A stretch of 64,000 bases of DNA from contig CBDBFU010000033.1 of the NCBI GenBank assembly GCA_965205025.1, positions 45,674 to 109,673 of the forward strand, in the 5' to 3' direction. The position numbers and the translations under genes are program-made. Below, piece after piece: positions 62,277 through 64,000 of this stretch. The notes beneath the pieces are model-generated. The model was given only the letters and a program-made list of their open reading frames with translations, had not been told where the DNA came from and searched no databases. How positions within the stretch are numbered: position 1 is the first letter of the stretch; each line of letters starts with the position of its first letter. Source of the DNA: Candidatus Poribacteria bacterium. Lineage in GTDB: Bacteria > Poribacteria > WGA-4E > WGA-3G.

Positions 62277-63026
62277 ATGAATGTTCAACTGACTGATAGG
62301 GTTGGTGTAATAACAGGTGGTTCTACAGGTATCGGTGCAGCAACGGCAATTGCGTATGCAAATGCAGGAGCTAAAGTTGTAATTGGTGATATCAATGAAG
62401 TTGATGCACTTGAGACCATAAATGAAATTGAGAAAAATGGTGGTGAAGCAAAGTTTGTTCTTACAGATGTAACTATTGAAGAGCAAGTCTCAAATCTCAT
62501 CGATATTGCTGAGGAATCCTTCGGGGGGATACATGTATTAGTAACAAGTGCAGGAGTACTACAAGGGGCAAGTGTTCGTATAGATGATTTTGAGGCTGCT
62601 ACGTTTGACTCAGTCATAGATGTAAACTTAAAAGGTACATTCTATGCTATTAAGCATGCTGTTCCTGTTATGGAAAGAAGTGGAGGAGGAGTGATTCTCT
62701 GTATTGCATCTGGTGCAGGTGTTCGTGGTGGAAGTTCATCGGTTGCATATGCATCAAGTAAAGGAGGAGTCAACGGTCTTGTTATGACAGTTGAGAATCA
62801 AGTTGGTGGTAATATTCGGATGCATACAATTTGTCCTGGAGGATTGTCTACACCTTTGAAACTTGGACAGATAGCACAATCAGCCAAACTCGCTGGAAAT
62901 GATCCGGATACTGCAGTTGAGCAAGCAATGAACTCCCTTGGTGATCCTGCTGGAGTAGGGAAGGTATTGACCTTCTTAGCTTCTGATGAAGGATCTTATA
63001 TAAGGGGGCAGATCTTCACAAGATAG
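62277..63026 (+). CDS. Short-chain dehydrogenase/reductase
   Basis: TGGSTGIG, SAG, YASSK (YxxxK) and ICPG. Confidence 0.92.
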   Translation: MNVQLTDRVGVITGGSTGIGAATAIAYANAGAKVVIGDINEVDALETINEIEKNGGEAKFVLTDVTIEEQVSNLIDIAEESFGGIHVLVTSAGVLQGASVRIDDFEAATFDSVIDVNLKGTFYAIKHAVPVMERSGGGVILCIASGAGVRGGSSSVAYASSKGGVNGLVMTVENQVGGNIRMHTICPGGLSTPLKLGQIAQSAKLAGNDPDTAVEQAMNSLGDPAGVGKVLTFLASDEGSYIRGQIFTR

Positions 63027-63042
63027 TGGTTAGACATTATTA

Positions 63043-63414
63043 TTATTTTATGGTCTTTTCATGGTTTATTGAATAGTCAATATTTAACCATAGACTTTTT
63101 GAATATCGATAGAAAAAGGTTGGAAATATACCAGAAATTAAACACCAGAAACTGATATTAAGTATATTAGGAACTGAAGTGAGTAAACTTACAATAAAGT
63201 AACCTGGGAATATAAGTAATACTGTCGCGCCATAATTAATATACATTGCCCCAATGAAATAGCCCTGTTCGCGTTCATACTTCAATCCACAATTTGGACA
63301 ATGTGAATACATCCTAAATCCTTTCTCAAATAGTTTTCCTATTCCACATTCTGGACATATCAGTTTAAAACTATATCTGAGAATTCTGTTTAAGTTTACA
63401 AAATACTTTGTCAT
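63043..63414 (-). CDS. DUF983-family membrane protein
   Basis: CPECGIGKLF...CPNCG...EQGYFIGAMYI followed by two TMs. Confidence 0.8.
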   Translation of the reverse strand: MTKYFVNLNRILRYSFKLICPECGIGKLFEKGFRMYSHCPNCGLKYEREQGYFIGAMYINYGATVLLIFPGYFIVSLLTSVPNILNISFWCLISGIFPTFFYRYSKSLWLNIDYSINHEKTIK

Positions 63415-63442
63415 AAATACAATTCAGATCAGATAAGTATAA

Positions 63443-64000
63443 TTAGTAGGTATTGTCATCCCAAAAGACTTTAAAGGTCCGTAATAGAATTTTAAAATCA
63501 GTCCACAATGATAAATTCTTGATATAATCCAAATCAATTGGAATTCCTTCACGAATTGTACCCTTTCGTTTAGAACTAAGTTGCCACAGACCTGTCATTC
63601 CTGGTCGAACAAGATGTCGCTGATTTTCTGATTTTTCGTATTGTTCTGCCAGAAATGGCATTTCAGGTCTTGGTCCTACAAGACTCATTTCCCCTTTAAT
63701 TACATTAAACAATTGAGGTAATTCATCTAAACTGGTTTTTCGGATCCACTTTCCGATAGAAGTGATGCGTTGGTCATCAGTTGACTCTGGATTTTCAGAA
63801 TAGGAAGGTGTGTCAATGTGTAGACTTCTGAATTTATATATTATAAAGCGACTGTTGTTAATCCCAACCCGTTTATGTGAGAATAACACAGGTCCTCGGG
63901 AGGATACCTTAATGAGAACAGCAATAAGAATCATTATTGGTGAAAAAAGTAGGACTAAGATTAGTGCAGCGAAAAAATCTATGATGTATTTTCCACGTCT
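63443..64000 (-). CDS. Bacterial sugar transferase (WcaJ/WbaP-like phosphoglycosyltransferase), 5' truncated
   Basis: YKFRS, RKTSLDELPQLFNV, MSLVGPRP and RPGMTGLWQ. The frame is open to the window end. Confidence 0.93.
   Translation of the reverse strand, partial: RRGKYIIDFFAALILVLLFSPIMILIAVLIKVSSRGPVLFSHKRVGINNSRFIIYKFRSLHIDTPSYSENPESTDDQRITSIGKWIRKTSLDELPQLFNVIKGEMSLVGPRPEMPFLAEQYEKSENQRHLVRPGMTGLWQLSSKRKGTIREGIPIDLDYIKNLSLWTDFKILLRTFKVFWDDNTY

Overview
AT-rich bacterial chromosomal window, most likely from Candidatus Poribacteria. This is inferred from LamG proteins ending in a KL(A/T)TxWxx(I/L)K tail, a QWHLPEGAKARLGKG-type WD40 protein and PhyH enzymes. Housekeeping and envelope genes include an L,D-transpeptidase, alpha-2-macroglobulin, gpmI, prs, a GT4 glycosyltransferase, uvrA, a TonB-like protein, an SDR and a sugar transferase. 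They flank a ~24 kb defence hotspot (20.3-44.1 kb) built on a type I restriction-modification backbone (hsdM ... hsdS ... hsdR ... M48 peptidase). Cargo genes split this backbone: an Avs2-like nuclease-STAND NTPase coupled to hsdS, fused toxin-antitoxin modules, a WD40 pseudogene and a three-gene unknown/Panacea/toxin operon. The intergenic DNA holds nested non-autonomous elements: GTAG-type REP hairpins, four MITE families (one always in the loop of one REP family, with a 1-bp duplication) and a ~36-nt covarying hairpin that inserts into itself. Directly repeated intergenic blocks, some carrying promoters, bracket individual cargo genes, which suggests an accordion-like cassette array. No rRNA, tRNA, CRISPR array, transposase or integrase was recognised. 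Several genes carry 1-nt indels in homopolymers that are probably long-read errors. All family assignments come from motif recognition, not database searches.
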